Shown: positions 17,797 to 28,699, counted from the stretch's first letter. The stretch is DNA of 62,428 nucleotides from Syntrophomonadaceae bacterium (GCA_012840405.1 DULM01000128.1:1-62428), one strand, 5' to 3'. Notes: generated by a model not told the origin, from the sequence alone. Numbers and translations are program-made.

Positions 17797-20700
17797 CTAG
17801 CTGCTGATTAACGCTTTTTTCAGGCTCTTCACCAGATCTTTCGGTGCCAGCCCTCTGGTATCTATTCGGATCTCCAGCCCTGCCACTGTAGAAAAGCTGA
17901 GGCGTTTCCCAAAGATGCGGCTCCAGGCAGCAAACTGCTCAGCTTGCAGTGCTGAGCCACTCTCAAAACGTATTGCCATAGTATACCTGTTATGCTGAAC
18001 ATCCTTGATGCCCAATTGGGCAGCCCTGACCCTGATCAAAGCCAGGTCAAAAAGGTAAACAACCTGTTCAGGCATCCTGCCAAAACGGTCACACACCTCT
18101 GCAGCCAGTTCTTTTACCTCCTCCATGCTTTCCGACATGGCAAGGCGCCGGTAAATCTCCACCTTCTCCCTGCCATCTTTGATATAATCATCAGGCAGAT
18201 AGGAGTCAACCCGCAGATCAAAAAGAGGAGCCGCCGCTCTTTTCTCAGGCAGCTTTTCTCCCTTCAGCTCTTTCACAGCTTCCTGTAGCAGTTGGTTGTA
18301 CAGGTCAAAGCCAACAGCAGCCATATGGCCGTGCTGTTCTGCACCCAGGATATTTCCCGCACCCCTGATTTCCAGATCCCGCAGGGCAAGTTTGAAACCT
18401 GAACCGAATTCAGTAAACTCCTGCAGTGCCCGCAGCCTTTTTTCCGCCTGTTCAGTGAGCACTTTGTCCCTGTTAAAGGTAAAATAGGCATAAGCCAAAC
18501 GGTTGGAGCGACCGACCCGCCCCCGCAGCTGATAAAGCTGAGCCAGGCCAAACCAATCGGCATTCTCCACAATCAGGGTGTTGGCATTGGGAAAGTCCAG
18601 GCCACTTTCGATAATGGTTGTACAGACCAAACAGTGGAATTTTTGGTTAAGAAACTCCCACATCACCTTTTCCAGGTCCTCCTCCTTCATCTGCCCATGT
18701 GCTACCCTGAAGGTTGCCTCAGGCACCAAGCCCTGCAGATATTGAGCTGTACGAAAGATGGTCTGCACCCTGTTGTGAACATAAAAAACCTGGCCGCCCC
18801 GCTGAATCTCTTTAAGAATAGCTTCCCTCACCACTTCCGGATCGTATTCCAAAACATAGGTCTGCACAGGCAGGCGGTCCTCAGGAGGGGTCTCAATCAG
18901 GCTCAGATCCCGCACCCCACCTAGAGACATCTGCAGTGTGCGGGGAATAGGTGTGGCGGTCATGGTCAGAACATCCACATTGGCTTTCAACATTTTGATC
19001 TTTTCTTTATGGGCCACACCAAATCTCTGCTCCTCATCAACCACCAGCAGTCCCAGGTCTTTAAAAACCACATCTTTAGAAAGGAGGCGGTGGGTCCCGA
19101 TAACTATATCCACCAATCCTTTTTTCAGATTATTAATGGTTGTCCTCTGCTCAGCCGGGCTCCTGAACCTGCTTAACATATCAACCTGTACAGGATAAGG
19201 GGCAAAACGCTCTTTAAAGGTGAGGTAATGCTGCTGGGCAAGCACTGTTGTAGGAACCAGCACTGCCACCTGCTTCCCATCCTGAACAGCCTTAAAAGCA
19301 GCCCGGATAGCCACTTCGGTTTTACCAAAACCAACATCCCCGCAAAGTAGCCGGTCCATAGGACGGGGCTTTTCCATATCAGCTTTCACCTGTTTGATGG
19401 CCTCCAACTGGTCTGGGGTCTCCTCATAGGGGAACTGCTCCTCAAACTCCTTCTGCCATATTGTATCAGGAGAAAAGGCATAGCCTTGTGTCCGCTCACG
19501 CTCCGCATAGAGAGCCAGCAAATCCTGAGCCAGTTCCTTAACCCGCTTTTTAACCCGCTGTTTGAGCCGTGTCCATTCACCCCCTCCCATCCGTGAGAGG
19601 CGAGGTGTAGCCCCTTCAGGGCCCACATACTTCTGTACCAGATCAACCTGATCAACTGGAACAAAAAGCCTGGCATCCCCTGCATAAGCGATCTCCAGAT
19701 AATCCCTTTTACTGCCATCTGTTTCTTTCTCAGTGATGCCCATAAAGCGGCCGATCCCCTGGTGAACATGCACCACATAATCCCCTGGGGTAAGATCCGA
19801 CAAGCGGCCTGCTGTTTTCCGGCGGTGCCGTGATCTAGACTTCCCCCGCCCATACAGTTCTTTGGCGGTAATAATTGCTAACACCCCAGGCACTTCAAAG
19901 CCCTGCCTCAACAAACCGCTTGCTAGCTGCAGGCGCCCTTTAAGCAGGTCCTGCTGCCATTTGTCCGCAGTGAGAAAAGAGAGCTCCCGGTCCCTTAACT
20001 CCCTCTCCAACTGCTTCAAACTGCTCTCTGCACCGGTGAGCAGGAGAATGGTCATTTTTTTCCCCAGCATCTCCTTCAGTTCCTGAGCCAACAGATCAGG
20101 ACGCCCCAGAAATGGCTGCATCTCCTTGACGGTGATGGTGACCAGGGCTTTCGGTTCGATCATACTCACCCTAGTCAACAGATGGGTAAAACAGACCAGA
20201 GGAAAGTTTCTTATGCTGGCAAAGAGTTGCTCCCCGCTGAAATAGTATTCCTGCCAGGGAGTGAAAGAGCCTCCCTCCTGAAAGAGGCGCCTGTAATCGG
20301 ACTCTAGAAGTGCAGTACGCCCTTTAGCCTGTTCCGGCAAGCGGCCGGGGTCATCCAGAATAACCAGCGAATCCTCTGGCAAATAATCCAAAAGGGACAC
20401 CTGCTCAGGGTAAAAATAGGGCTGCACCAAGTTTAAAGAACCACCGGTCCCGGTCCTGGCCATTTCATGCAGCCTGTTGGCTCTCTGCTGCAGGCGCAAA
20501 AGAACGCTTTTGTTCCCCTTCAGCTGTGTGCGCCTCTTTTTATAGGCCTGCTCGATCCCCTCCTGAGCCCTATTTGCCAGTTCCGGATCATAGATAAACT
20601 CCCGAACCGGCCAGATCCTAACCAGATCAAGGCTATCAGTGGAACGCTGGCTTTCCGGATCCAATCTTTTCAGTGAAGTGACCTCATCCCCCCAGAATTC

Positions 20701-21279
20701 AATGCGGACAGGACAGCCGTAAAAGGGATAGATATCCACAATATCCCCCCTTACAGCAAACTGCCCAGGGGCTTCAGCAGTATCCAACCTTTCGTAACCG
20801 GCCTGGACCAACTGCAGGGGAAGCTCATTGTAATTGTACTCCTGGTTAACCTGCAGTGTTATAACAGCTTTTTCCCAGCAGAGAGGAGGGATCAGTTTAG
20901 GCAGCAGGGCTTCAATGGAAGCAACAACCACCAGTTGTTCTTCCCCAGCCCGCAAGGCGGCCAGAGTCTCTAGGCGCCTAGCCGCTGGTTCCCTGCTGGC
21001 AGCCACCACTTCAAAGGGCAGGGCTTCAGCAGGGTCAAAAACGAAAACCCTTCTCTCAGGCAGCAACTGCTCTAAATCCGCAGCCCAGCTGTTTACCTGC
21101 TCCTGCCCTGGCACAATGACCAGGAGTGCACCTTTAAACCCACCCTTTAAAAAGAGAGATACTGCACTAACAGGCCCAGCAGAACCTGATAGCCCTGAAA
21201 TGAGCAGGGGCAGCTTTCTTTTCTTGACAGCATCAAGAGCCTCCAGGAAGCCTGGTATTGTTTCTAGTATATTGTTCAT
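17797..21279 (-). CDS. mfd: Transcription-repair coupling factor
   Basis: UvrB-homology N-region, CarD/TRCF RNAP-interacting domain (GDYVVHVHQGIGRF), SF2 helicase motifs (GDVGFGKTEVA, DEEQRFG, TATPIPRT) and TRG motif. Start set to MNNILETIP (ATG 21279, AGGTGG RBS) rather than the track ATG at 21387. Confidence 0.95.
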   Translation of the reverse strand: MNNILETIPGFLEALDAVKKRKLPLLISGLSGSAGPVSAVSLFLKGGFKGALLVIVPGQEQVNSWAADLEQLLPERRVFVFDPAEALPFEVVAASREPAARRLETLAALRAGEEQLVVVASIEALLPKLIPPLCWEKAVITLQVNQEYNYNELPLQLVQAGYERLDTAEAPGQFAVRGDIVDIYPFYGCPVRIEFWGDEVTSLKRLDPESQRSTDSLDLVRIWPVREFIYDPELANRAQEGIEQAYKKRRTQLKGNKSVLLRLQQRANRLHEMARTGTGGSLNLVQPYFYPEQVSLLDYLPEDSLVILDDPGRLPEQAKGRTALLESDYRRLFQEGGSFTPWQEYYFSGEQLFASIRNFPLVCFTHLLTRVSMIEPKALVTITVKEMQPFLGRPDLLAQELKEMLGKKMTILLLTGAESSLKQLERELRDRELSFLTADKWQQDLLKGRLQLASGLLRQGFEVPGVLAIITAKELYGRGKSRSRHRRKTAGRLSDLTPGDYVVHVHQGIGRFMGITEKETDGSKRDYLEIAYAGDARLFVPVDQVDLVQKYVGPEGATPRLSRMGGGEWTRLKQRVKKRVKELAQDLLALYAERERTQGYAFSPDTIWQKEFEEQFPYEETPDQLEAIKQVKADMEKPRPMDRLLCGDVGFGKTEVAIRAAFKAVQDGKQVAVLVPTTVLAQQHYLTFKERFAPYPVQVDMLSRFRSPAEQRTTINNLKKGLVDIVIGTHRLLSKDVVFKDLGLLVVDEEQRFGVAHKEKIKMLKANVDVLTMTATPIPRTLQMSLGGVRDLSLIETPPEDRLPVQTYVLEYDPEVVREAILKEIQRGGQVFYVHNRVQTIFRTAQYLQGLVPEATFRVAHGQMKEEDLEKVMWEFLNQKFHCLVCTTIIESGLDFPNANTLIVENADWFGLAQLYQLRGRVGRSNRLAYAYFTFNRDKVLTEQAEKRLRALQEFTEFGSGFKLALRDLEIRGAGNILGAEQHGHMAAVGFDLYNQLLQEAVKELKGEKLPEKRAAAPLFDLRVDSYLPDDYIKDGREKVEIYRRLAMSESMEEVKELAAEVCDRFGRMPEQVVYLFDLALIRVRAAQLGIKDVQHNRYTMAIRFESGSALQAEQFAAWSRIFGKRLSFSTVAGLEIRIDTRGLAPKDLVKSLKKALISS

Positions 21280-21509
21280 ACAACCACCTATTTTAGACCA
21301 ATGAAAAATGAGGCAGGGCCAGGGAAAGCCCCCCTTGCAACTTTCCTCAGTGTTCATTATATCATTCGCCAGAAGGCTTTTATACATCAGGCAAGCTTCA
21401 GGATCTTCTGGTTTATCCCTGCCGAATGTTTTCCTGAACTCGGTTTAACTAGCTCTAAGATTCCTAGACGACAGCTGACAGGCAAATAATGACGCCATCA
21501 TCTTTAAAA

Positions 21510-21600
21510 GTCAGAGGCAGGAAGTCTGATGTCGGATTTGGGCGATGCCCAAGCCAATTCCAACGAGACTAACGACTAATGACCAACCACCAAGGACCAA
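21510..21600. repeat. Composite intergenic repeat locus (GGAAGTC-type then A/C-rich CCAACCAC-type), opposite orientation to the 0.5 and 10.1 kb copies
   Basis: GTCAGAGGCAGGAAGTCTGATGTCGGA ... ATTCCAACGAGACTAACGACTAATGACCAACCACCAAGGACC. Shares ATTCCAACGA and CGACTAAT strings with 12.10-12.12 kb. Confidence 0.75.
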
Positions 21601-21601
21601 T

Positions 21602-21633
21602 AAAAAACCCCGCCTTGCAGAAGACGGGGTTTT
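21602..21633 (-). terminator. Rho-independent terminator after the holin-like gene
   Basis: Minus strand reads AACCCCGTC-TTCTGCAA-GGCGGGGTTTTTTATT. Confidence 0.6.
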
Positions 21634-21647
21634 GGGCTGCGTATTGA

Positions 21648-22043
21648 TCAGCGCATACCTGTTGGCACAAACATATCAATAATGCCGACAATGGCAGCTG
21701 CAATAAGCGCTCCCAGTATGGTCACCCTCAGATCCGGGATAATGAACTGGAGCAGGTAAAAGATCACAGCTGAAACCACAAAACCCACTCCGCCGCGGGC
21801 ATAAGGAGAAACATTGCGGCCGAAAAGGGTTTCCAGCGCAAATCCGATCACTGCAATAAGAACAGCTGCCAGTAAAGCATGCCAGAAAGACAGCCTGGTA
21901 AAGCCGGGGGTGATGTAGCTCACAACCATTAACACGATCGCAGCCACAATAAATCTTATAATGTGTGCCAACCATCCCTGGTTCAGCATACCTGTGGCTC
22001 CGGCACCTGTATCACCGCGCATTCCTTTATCCTCATCTGCCAT
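21648..22043 (-). CDS. Phage_holin_4_2 / YvlD-like small membrane protein
   Basis: Four predicted TM helices. IRFIVAAIVLMVVSYITPGFT..FWHALLAAVLIAVIGFALE resembles the PF04020 core. Family assignment is by eye. Confidence 0.55.
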   Translation of the reverse strand: MADEDKGMRGDTGAGATGMLNQGWLAHIIRFIVAAIVLMVVSYITPGFTRLSFWHALLAAVLIAVIGFALETLFGRNVSPYARGGVGFVVSAVIFYLLQFIIPDLRVTILGALIAAAIVGIIDMFVPTGMR

Positions 22044-22163
22044 TCTGTCACCTCCCTCCTGGCCAAACTATGCCCTTGCTGTTTGGCAGCAGGAAGCATT
22101 ATCCATAGTTTAACCAGAATAGGAGAATTCATGCATTTATTCGAATGGCAGATTAAATTTTAG

Positions 22164-22781
22164 TCAGATTCTTCTGTTATAACGGTTCATAGCTGTTTCA
22201 ATCCCCATCTTTACCCAACAGCAGGCAGCATCTGCTGCTAACTTCCAAACATCCTCTAATACTATGCGCTCCTCTGGGGAAAAGGGTTTTAAAACATAGT
22301 CCACAACATCCTCACCTGCAGGGGGGCGTCCAATGCCGATGCGCAACCGGGCAAATGATTGGCACTGGAGGCTGTCGATAATTGACTGCACCCCTTTATG
22401 GCCCCCTGAGCCTCCACCGGGCCGCAGCCTGATGCTGCCCACAGGCAGGTCCAGGTCATCATGGATCACCAGTATGTCTTCAGGACCTAAATTCCAATGG
22501 GATAAAAGGGCCTCCACAGCCTCCCCGCTGAGATTCATGTAAGTAAGGGGCCGTACTAACATCACCGCTGTGCCATCTATTTTCTCAGGGCAGATGCTGG
22601 CCAAGCGGCGGTAATCCTTCCATCCCCCGCTATTCCCGGCTATCCTTTCGACAACCGTAAATCCTGCATTGTGACGTGTCCGGGCATAGCGGTGGCCAGG
22701 GTTTCCCAATCCGATGATCAGCTTTTCCGGTGACCCGGTGCGGCCGCCCGGGCGCAACCACTCCCGCAGCCGCTTGAACAT
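22164..22781 (-). CDS. pth: Peptidyl-tRNA hydrolase
   Basis: LIIGLGNPGHRYARTRHNAGF...LVRPLTYMNLSGEAV...HDDLDLPVGSIRLR...GGHKG. N-terminal extension of about 20 aa if the ATG at 22781 is used. Confidence 0.9.
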   Translation of the reverse strand: MFKRLREWLRPGGRTGSPEKLIIGLGNPGHRYARTRHNAGFTVVERIAGNSGGWKDYRRLASICPEKIDGTAVMLVRPLTYMNLSGEAVEALLSHWNLGPEDILVIHDDLDLPVGSIRLRPGGGSGGHKGVQSIIDSLQCQSFARLRIGIGRPPAGEDVVDYVLKPFSPEERIVLEDVWKLAADAACCWVKMGIETAMNRYNRRI

Positions 22782-23432
22782 TTACTCCTCTCCTTGTTCT
22801 GTTTCAACTGCTGCTTCCTCAGCAGCACCTTCTTCTCCCTCTTCTCCCTCTGCTACCTCTTCCTCAAGGGTCGGTGCAACAATCAGAGCGATCACCGATT
22901 CTGGGTCAGATAGAACCTCTACACCTTCAGGGACCTTTAAATCACCAACTGTAACCTGTTCGCCAATATCCAGTTCGCTGATATCGATCTCAATATGCTC
23001 AGGCAGCTTGGTGGGCAGACAGGATACAGTCACCTCACGCAGCATGTGCTGTAAAATACCGCCTTTCTTTACACCCTGGGACTCTCCAACGAGAACAACC
23101 GGGATTTCAGTTTGAATCTCCTGGGTGAGCTCTATTTGGAAAAAGTCCGCATGCAGCAGTTCCCGGCGGATTGGGTCACGCTGGATCTCACGGCACATGA
23201 CCAAATAGCTTTCTTTCTGATCCCCCTTATCCACATCCAAATCGATCAGGGTGCTGCCGATAATGTGGTTATTAAGGATATACTCCAGTTCCCTTGTAGG
23301 AACCTTAATCAACATATTCCCTACACCCTTACCATAAAGAACCGCTGGGGTTTCCCCATTGCGGCGCAGGGCGCGTACAGCCCCTTTGGAACTGCGCTCC
23401 CTGTATTGAGCTGATAACTTGACTGTCTCCAT
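22782..23432 (-). CDS. rplY: 50S ribosomal protein L25 / general stress protein Ctc
   Basis: LSAQYRERSSKGAVRALRRNGETPAVLYGKG...HADFFQI and an acidic C-terminal tail. Adjacent to pth as in Bacillus. Confidence 0.9.
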   Translation of the reverse strand: METVKLSAQYRERSSKGAVRALRRNGETPAVLYGKGVGNMLIKVPTRELEYILNNHIIGSTLIDLDVDKGDQKESYLVMCREIQRDPIRRELLHADFFQIELTQEIQTEIPVVLVGESQGVKKGGILQHMLREVTVSCLPTKLPEHIEIDISELDIGEQVTVGDLKVPEGVEVLSDPESVIALIVAPTLEEEVAEGEEGEEGAAEEAAVETEQGEE

Positions 23433-23642
23433 TTACAAACACTCCTGTTTACTAAATTTTATCCATGAATTACGCAAAAGTTCATACCCTAGTTTAGCCT
23501 GAAAAATAAAGAAAAATCAAGTGAAAACCGAAATAATCTCTCTTCAGACTTTCCAGGCATACCCCTTTATCTGGCCCAATATATTTTAACAGAGTTACTG
23601 CCAAGATGCATATTTTTTGCTTATCCAAGGAGGCGATATCCT

Positions 23643-24290
23643 GTGCGCAAAAGCCGTCAGTATCTTTCCCTACCTGTGGTCACACTGGAGGAAGGAAAAG
23701 AGATCGGTCGCATCAGGGGGTTAGTAGTCAACCCTCAGGCCGGGGAAATAGCAGCACTGATCGTGCAGCGCGGCCATATCTTTCCCGAACAAAAGGTAAT
23801 CCCCTACCCTAGGGTAGTAAGCGTAGGCAATAATGCATTGACCATACAGAAGGCCAGCAGTGCAGAACGGCTTGCCAGCCTGCCCCAGATCCTTAACCTG
23901 GTCAAAGAAAATGTCCAGTTAAAAGGCTCCCGAGTCATCACTGAGGAAGGCACTGCCCTAGGACATGTTGCTGAATATCTTGTGGACCCGGCAACTGGCA
24001 AAATAGAAGCTTTCGAAGTAACCGCAAGCCCTGCTGCCAGCCTTTGGAAGGGAAAGGCCTTTCTCCCCGCATCTGAAGTACGCACCATTGGCAAAGATGT
24101 CCTTGTGGTGCGTCAGGGAGCAGAGGAAAATCTGAAGCAGAGTGAAGGAAAACTATCAGAAGGGGTTAAAAATTTAAAAAATACCACCAACCGTTTTCTA
24201 GAAAAAGCGCGCAAACTGCAGTCCAAGATGCAGGGGGAGGAAGATGACCAGGAACAACCTCCCCCCAAAGACGATGAACCAACTTCATAA
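23643..24290 (+). CDS. Tandem PRC-barrel domain protein with K/E-rich tail
   Basis: Two PRC-barrel-like units: LSLPVVTLEEGKEIGRIRGLVVNPQAGEIAALIV and LKGSRVITEEGTALGHVAEYLVDPATGKIEAFEV. GTG start with an AAGGAGG RBS. Confidence 0.6.
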   Translation: MRKSRQYLSLPVVTLEEGKEIGRIRGLVVNPQAGEIAALIVQRGHIFPEQKVIPYPRVVSVGNNALTIQKASSAERLASLPQILNLVKENVQLKGSRVITEEGTALGHVAEYLVDPATGKIEAFEVTASPAASLWKGKAFLPASEVRTIGKDVLVVRQGAEENLKQSEGKLSEGVKNLKNTTNRFLEKARKLQSKMQGEEDDQEQPPPKDDEPTS

Positions 24291-24293
24291 CAA

Positions 24294-25241
24294 TTACTCA
24301 AAGAGTTTGCTCACCGAAAGATCCTCATGGATGCGGATAATAGACTCGCCAAAGATAGGGGCCACTGTAAGCACTTTCAATCTGGAAAACCGTTTCTCCG
24401 GGGGAACAGGTATTGTATTGGTCACCACAACCTCTTTCAGGGGAGAGGCTTCCAAACGTTCTCTGGCAGGGCCTGAGAGCACCGGGTGGGTACAGCAGGC
24501 ATAAACCTCCTTCGCACCCCGCTCCAGCAGGGCCTCTGCAGCCTTGACGATGGTGCCAGCTGTATCAATGATATCATCCACCAAAATTGCTGTTCTCCCT
24601 TTCACATCACCTACCAGGTGCAGCACTTCAGCAACATTGGGTTGTGGTCTGCGCTTATCAACAATTGCAATGGTCGTTTCCAGGCGGCTGGCCAGGTCTC
24701 TGGCCCTGGCAACCCCACCCACATCAGGGGAAACAACAATAGGATCTTCAATACCTAGGCTTTGGAAATACTCCGCCAGAATGGGCACACCCAAGAGGTG
24801 GTCCACCGGAATATCAAAAAACCCCTGTATCTGCCCGGCGTGAAGATCCATGGCAAGAACCCGGTGAGCCCCGGCAGCGGTGATCAGGTCAGCTAGCAGT
24901 TTGGCTGTTATCGGATCCCGTGCTTTTAACTTCCGGTCCTGACGGGCATAACCGTAGTAAGGAAGCACCGCGCAGATACGGCGTGCTGAAGCGCGCTTTA
25001 AAGCATCGATCATGATCAGAAGTTCCATCACATTCTGGTTAGCAGGAGGACAGGTTGGTTGAATAACAAAAACATCGGCTCCTCTAACACTCTCATCAAT
25101 GGCTACACAGATTTCCCCATCGCTGAAGTAAGAAACTTTGGATTTCCCCAACTCGATACCCAGGTAGGCTGCGATCTCTTCCGCCAGTTCCGGATTAGCG
25201 TTTCCGGTGAAAATCTTTAACTTTTTGGTATAAAGCAACAA
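24294..25241 (-). CDS. prs: Ribose-phosphate pyrophosphokinase
   Basis: [18 protein letters not shown]...[13 protein letters not shown]...[18 protein letters not shown]...[15 protein letters not shown] start at 25241/25238 with a GGAAAGAGGGG RBS avoids the 34-nt overlap with glmU implied by the track ATG at 25319. Confidence 0.9.
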   Translation of the reverse strand: MLLYTKKLKIFTGNANPELAEEIAAYLGIELGKSKVSYFSDGEICVAIDESVRGADVFVIQPTCPPANQNVMELLIMIDALKRASARRICAVLPYYGYARQDRKLKARDPITAKLLADLITAAGAHRVLAMDLHAGQIQGFFDIPVDHLLGVPILAEYFQSLGIEDPIVVSPDVGGVARARDLASRLETTIAIVDKRRPQPNVAEVLHLVGDVKGRTAILVDDIIDTAGTIVKAAEALLERGAKEVYACCTHPVLSGPARERLEASPLKEVVVTNTIPVPPEKRFSRLKVLTVAPIFGESIIRIHEDLSVSKLFE

Positions 25242-25285
25242 ACTGATCCCCTCTTTCCCACTGCTTTCCTTCACTTGCACTTGCC

Positions 25286-26659
25286 TTAATCCCCTTTTCT
25301 CTTCTTTTTTTCCTTCCAACCAGCTATGATCGTTTGCTTATTGCGCTCTAAAGCCAAAGACCCTGCAGGGACATCCTTGGTGATGGTTGACCCAGCGCCG
25401 ATCACCGCATCTTTACCTACACGGACAGGAGCCACCAGATTGGTGTTGCTCCCGACAAATACCCCGTCTTCAATGACCGTCTGATATTTCTTCACACCGT
25501 CATAGTTGCAGGTAATGGTTCCGGCACCGATATTGACACCCTCTCCCACTATAGTATCCCCAACATAACTTAAATGAGGTATTTTACTCCCTGATCCAAC
25601 TGTTGCCTTTTTCAGTTCCACAAAATCCCCTACTTTGACATGAGCAGCTAATTTGTTACCTGGACGCAAATAGGCATAAGGCCCGATCTGGCAGTGATCC
25701 CCGATGGTTGTTTCCACCACTACAGAGTACTGTAGAGTAACACCTTCACCTATCCTGGCATCGATCAGCCGGGATCCAGGCCCGATAGTACACCTAGGGC
25801 CCACTTCAGTTTTTCCCTCCAGAAAAGTGAAGGGATAAATCACTGTATCCCGGCCAACCCTGACACCTTTATCAATATAAGTTGTTGCCGGGTCCAAAAT
25901 GGTAACACCGGCTTCCATTAAGCGCCGGCATTCCCTCTGCCGCAAAAGCTTTTCTGCTACTGCCAACTGAGACCGATCATTAATCCCTTTTGTTTCTTGG
26001 GCAGGCGCAACCACTGCTGTGACTAGCTGCCCATCTTGGCGCAGCAGATGAATACAATCGGTCAGATAGTATTCTCCCTGCTTATTATCGGGATTTAATC
26101 GATGAATAGTGTCTTCCAGAGCCTTTTTGGTAAAGGCATAGGTCCCTGTATTGATTTCCTTTATTTCTTTCTGCTCAGCTGTAGCATCACAATCTTCAAT
26201 AATGGCATCAACAAAACCATCCTGATCCCTGATAATCCGGCCATATCCTTTAGGATCATCGAAGATGCTGGTGAGCACCGCCGCAGCGGAACCGGTATTA
26301 TGCTGCGCCCTGATCACTTTCACCAAGGTATCTGCTGTCAAAAGAGGAGTATCCCCACAAACAACCAGCACATCCCGGCAATCAGCGGAAAGGTAGGGTA
26401 GGGCCTTTAAAACCGCATCCCCTGTACCCAACTGTTTCTCCTGGAGAGCATAAGTATAATCAGTGCCCAGGGTTTCCCTGACCATTTCCGCACCCTGTCC
26501 GATCACAACAATGATCTCTTTGATACCGGCCTCTTCTACCGCATCCAGCACATGACGGACCAGAGGTGCGCCAGCTATACGATGCAACACCTTGGGTATA
26601 CTTGAGTGCATCCTTTTCCCCTGGCCTGCTGCGAGTACCACCGCTGCAACATTATCCAT
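25286..26659 (-). CDS. glmU: Bifunctional UDP-GlcNAc pyrophosphorylase / GlcN-1-P N-acetyltransferase
   Basis: [12 protein letters not shown]...VVCGDTPLL and a C-terminal left-handed beta-helix with hexapeptide repeats. Confidence 0.95.
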   Translation of the reverse strand: MDNVAAVVLAAGQGKRMHSSIPKVLHRIAGAPLVRHVLDAVEEAGIKEIIVVIGQGAEMVRETLGTDYTYALQEKQLGTGDAVLKALPYLSADCRDVLVVCGDTPLLTADTLVKVIRAQHNTGSAAAVLTSIFDDPKGYGRIIRDQDGFVDAIIEDCDATAEQKEIKEINTGTYAFTKKALEDTIHRLNPDNKQGEYYLTDCIHLLRQDGQLVTAVVAPAQETKGINDRSQLAVAEKLLRQRECRRLMEAGVTILDPATTYIDKGVRVGRDTVIYPFTFLEGKTEVGPRCTIGPGSRLIDARIGEGVTLQYSVVVETTIGDHCQIGPYAYLRPGNKLAAHVKVGDFVELKKATVGSGSKIPHLSYVGDTIVGEGVNIGAGTITCNYDGVKKYQTVIEDGVFVGSNTNLVAPVRVGKDAVIGAGSTITKDVPAGSLALERNKQTIIAGWKEKKKRKGD

Positions 26660-26725
26660 AGTTTTTCACTCCCTGAGTGAATCAGACTTTAATCAATTCA
26701 GCACGCAATTAAGTACGGAAAAACA

Positions 26726-26752
26726 ATAAAAAAGGGAATGCCCGATTCCCCT
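26726..26752 (-). terminator. Rho-independent terminator after spoVG
   Basis: Minus strand reads GGGAAT-CGGGC-ATTCCC followed by TTTTTTATT. Confidence 0.6.
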
Positions 26753-26782
26753 CCAAATACTCATCAACACTAAAGAATTTCT

Positions 26783-27040
26783 CTATTCCATCTCCTGATA
26801 AGCCTTTAAGATAGCATCCTGAATAAACTGTCTGGCTTCAGATGTGATGGGATGGGCAATATCACGAAATTCCCCAGCAGGTGTTCTCTTGCTAGGCATA
26901 GCAATAAACAAGCCCTTCTCACTCTCGACAACCTTTATATCATGCACCACAAAAACATCATCAAAGGTCACTGAACAGACAGCCTTCATTCTGCTCCCAT
27001 CCTGGTTCACCTTGCGGATACGCACCTCTGTAACCTGCAT
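26783..27040 (-). CDS. spoVG: Septation/sporulation regulator SpoVG
   Basis: [65 protein letters not shown] aligns along its whole length with B. subtilis SpoVG. The internal ATG is chosen for that reason. Confidence 0.9.
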   Translation of the reverse strand: MQVTEVRIRKVNQDGSRMKAVCSVTFDDVFVVHDIKVVESEKGLFIAMPSKRTPAGEFRDIAHPITSEARQFIQDAILKAYQEME

Positions 27041-27136
27041 AAAATTATTGACCTCCCCTTTAGTGCGGTTATCATTTGCCAAGTGTATTCGCCAAGATAG
27101 TTGAGATTCCTGCTGAAAAAATAAGAAATAAAGTTA

Positions 27137-27886
27137 TTATTCGCAAACTAGCTCCTTAGCAAGTTCTAAATCCGAAGGTTTGTCCACATCTACCCCAATT
27201 TCTGCATAAGGAGTGATCACAGCTGAACCCCTGGCCCCTACCAACTGGGACACTCTGCGCTCCGCCTCAGCAATGGTAAGCTGCCCAAAAAAGTATTTCC
27301 ATAACATCCCGAACCCAACAAGTTTGGCCAAAGCCGCAGGGTTTTTCCGGTGTTTGACAAATTCCGCAGCCACAGAGAGACAGCGTTCAACTATCTCCCT
27401 TTTTAATAGGAAAAGGTTGCCTCCTGTAAAAGTACCATCCTGCAGAGTGGCATAGGTCCGCTTAGCACCGGGGAAACGCTTTTCAGCATTTTCCTTCCTG
27501 ATAATGGGATAATAAAAATCTGCTTCCTTTTCCCTACAATTATCGATAAAATCATCTACTGCTTCTGGGGTCAGAAAAGGAATATCTCCAGTACAGGCCA
27601 GTATCCAGGACTGGGAGCCATTGAGAGCTTCCAAGCCGTTGGAGAAACTATCCAAAATTGTATTTCCTGGCGGAGCAAAAAGCAATCCCTGCTTGATGCA
27701 GTTCTCCTTGATTGCCTCAGGGCCGACCACAACAATTTGATCAATATATCTGCTGTTGTAAAGGGCTTCAATTACATACTCCACCATCATCCGGGAGCCG
27801 ATGGTAAGCATCCCTTTAACACCGGTCCCCGGCTCTATCTCCCCACCACCCGCAAGTATCACTGCATCTACTCTCTCAATCATCAT
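27137..27886 (-). CDS. MobA-like NTP-transferase family nucleotidyltransferase
   Basis: VDAVILAGGG...G.KGML glycine-rich nucleotide-binding loop, plus ACTGDIPFL. AAAGAGG RBS precedes the MMIERV start. Confidence 0.65.
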   Translation of the reverse strand: MMIERVDAVILAGGGEIEPGTGVKGMLTIGSRMMVEYVIEALYNSRYIDQIVVVGPEAIKENCIKQGLLFAPPGNTILDSFSNGLEALNGSQSWILACTGDIPFLTPEAVDDFIDNCREKEADFYYPIIRKENAEKRFPGAKRTYATLQDGTFTGGNLFLLKREIVERCLSVAAEFVKHRKNPAALAKLVGFGMLWKYFFGQLTIAEAERRVSQLVGARGSAVITPYAEIGVDVDKPSDLELAKELVCE

Positions 27887-27979
27887 TTCCGACCTCTTTG
27901 ATAAATTATTTTCAAATATGCTCAAATATTTTCAGAATAGAATTGCGAATACTTTCGATCTTTTGCCCATCTATCGAAA

Positions 27980-28699
27980 TTATACCAATTCTTCCCTTTC
28001 ACTAACTACTTCCTCATTGTTGCGCACCGCTTCCAGTAGGCTGTTCTCCGCATTTTCTATATGCTTCCAGGCCAGAACCTTAGCCCGGGCAAGATCCCTG
28101 TCAGCCAGCGCCTCCACAACCTTACGGTGCTCTTCTAAAGCTGTGCGCATCCGTCCTGGGGAAGCCAGGGAAACAGAACGAAAACGTTGCACCTCATCCT
28201 GGAGGTTGCTCAAGATCTGCATCAAACGCCGGTTTCTGCTGGCCCGGTAGAGAGTGTCATGAAATTTCTTGTCACACTCAACTAACTGATCAATCTCTCC
28301 CTTTTCGATTATTTCCGACATTCTGACCAGGTTCCGTTCCAGTTCTTCCAACTCATCCTCAGTGATTCTGTCAGCAGCCAGTTCAGTAGCCAGAGACTCC
28401 AAGGCAGCCCTAACCTCAAATACATCAGCGATATCTTTCAAAGAGATCCCTGCCACATAGGCCCCTTTCCGGGGAACCATCACCACAAAACCTTCCAATT
28501 CCAGCTTGCGGATAGCCTCACGCACCGGAGTTCTGCTCACACCCAACTCCTCTGCCAATTGGGATTCCATCAACCGTTCCCCTGGGCGCAGGACACCGGA
28601 TATTATCGCCTCCCGCAGGGTTTCAAAAACCACCTCCCGCAGGGGCTTATAGCTGTCCAATTTGACCGGCACCAATCTCCTCTCTTCTTTTTCAGCCAT
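27980..28699 (-). CDS. GntR-family transcriptional regulator (FadR/FCD subfamily)
   Basis: wHTH: ETLREAIISGVLRPGERLMESQLAEELGVSRTPVREAIRKLELEGFV. FCD-like C-domain with H..L...R motifs. AAGGAGG RBS lies 7 nt before MAEKEE. Confidence 0.85.
   Translation of the reverse strand: MAEKEERRLVPVKLDSYKPLREVVFETLREAIISGVLRPGERLMESQLAEELGVSRTPVREAIRKLELEGFVVMVPRKGAYVAGISLKDIADVFEVRAALESLATELAADRITEDELEELERNLVRMSEIIEKGEIDQLVECDKKFHDTLYRASRNRRLMQILSNLQDEVQRFRSVSLASPGRMRTALEEHRKVVEALADRDLARAKVLAWKHIENAENSLLEAVRNNEEVVSEREELV

Noticed and set aside
20834-21304. 156-aa plus-strand ORF (and other plus-strand ORFs within 17.8-21.4 kb)
   Set aside because: These are antisense to mfd, whose helicase motifs are unambiguous.
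25242-25319. N-terminal 26-aa extension of prs overlapping glmU
   Set aside because: The extension ([26 protein letters not shown]) has no counterpart in Prs proteins. A TTG with a good RBS just after the glmU stop gives the canonical KLKIF...NPELA N-terminus.
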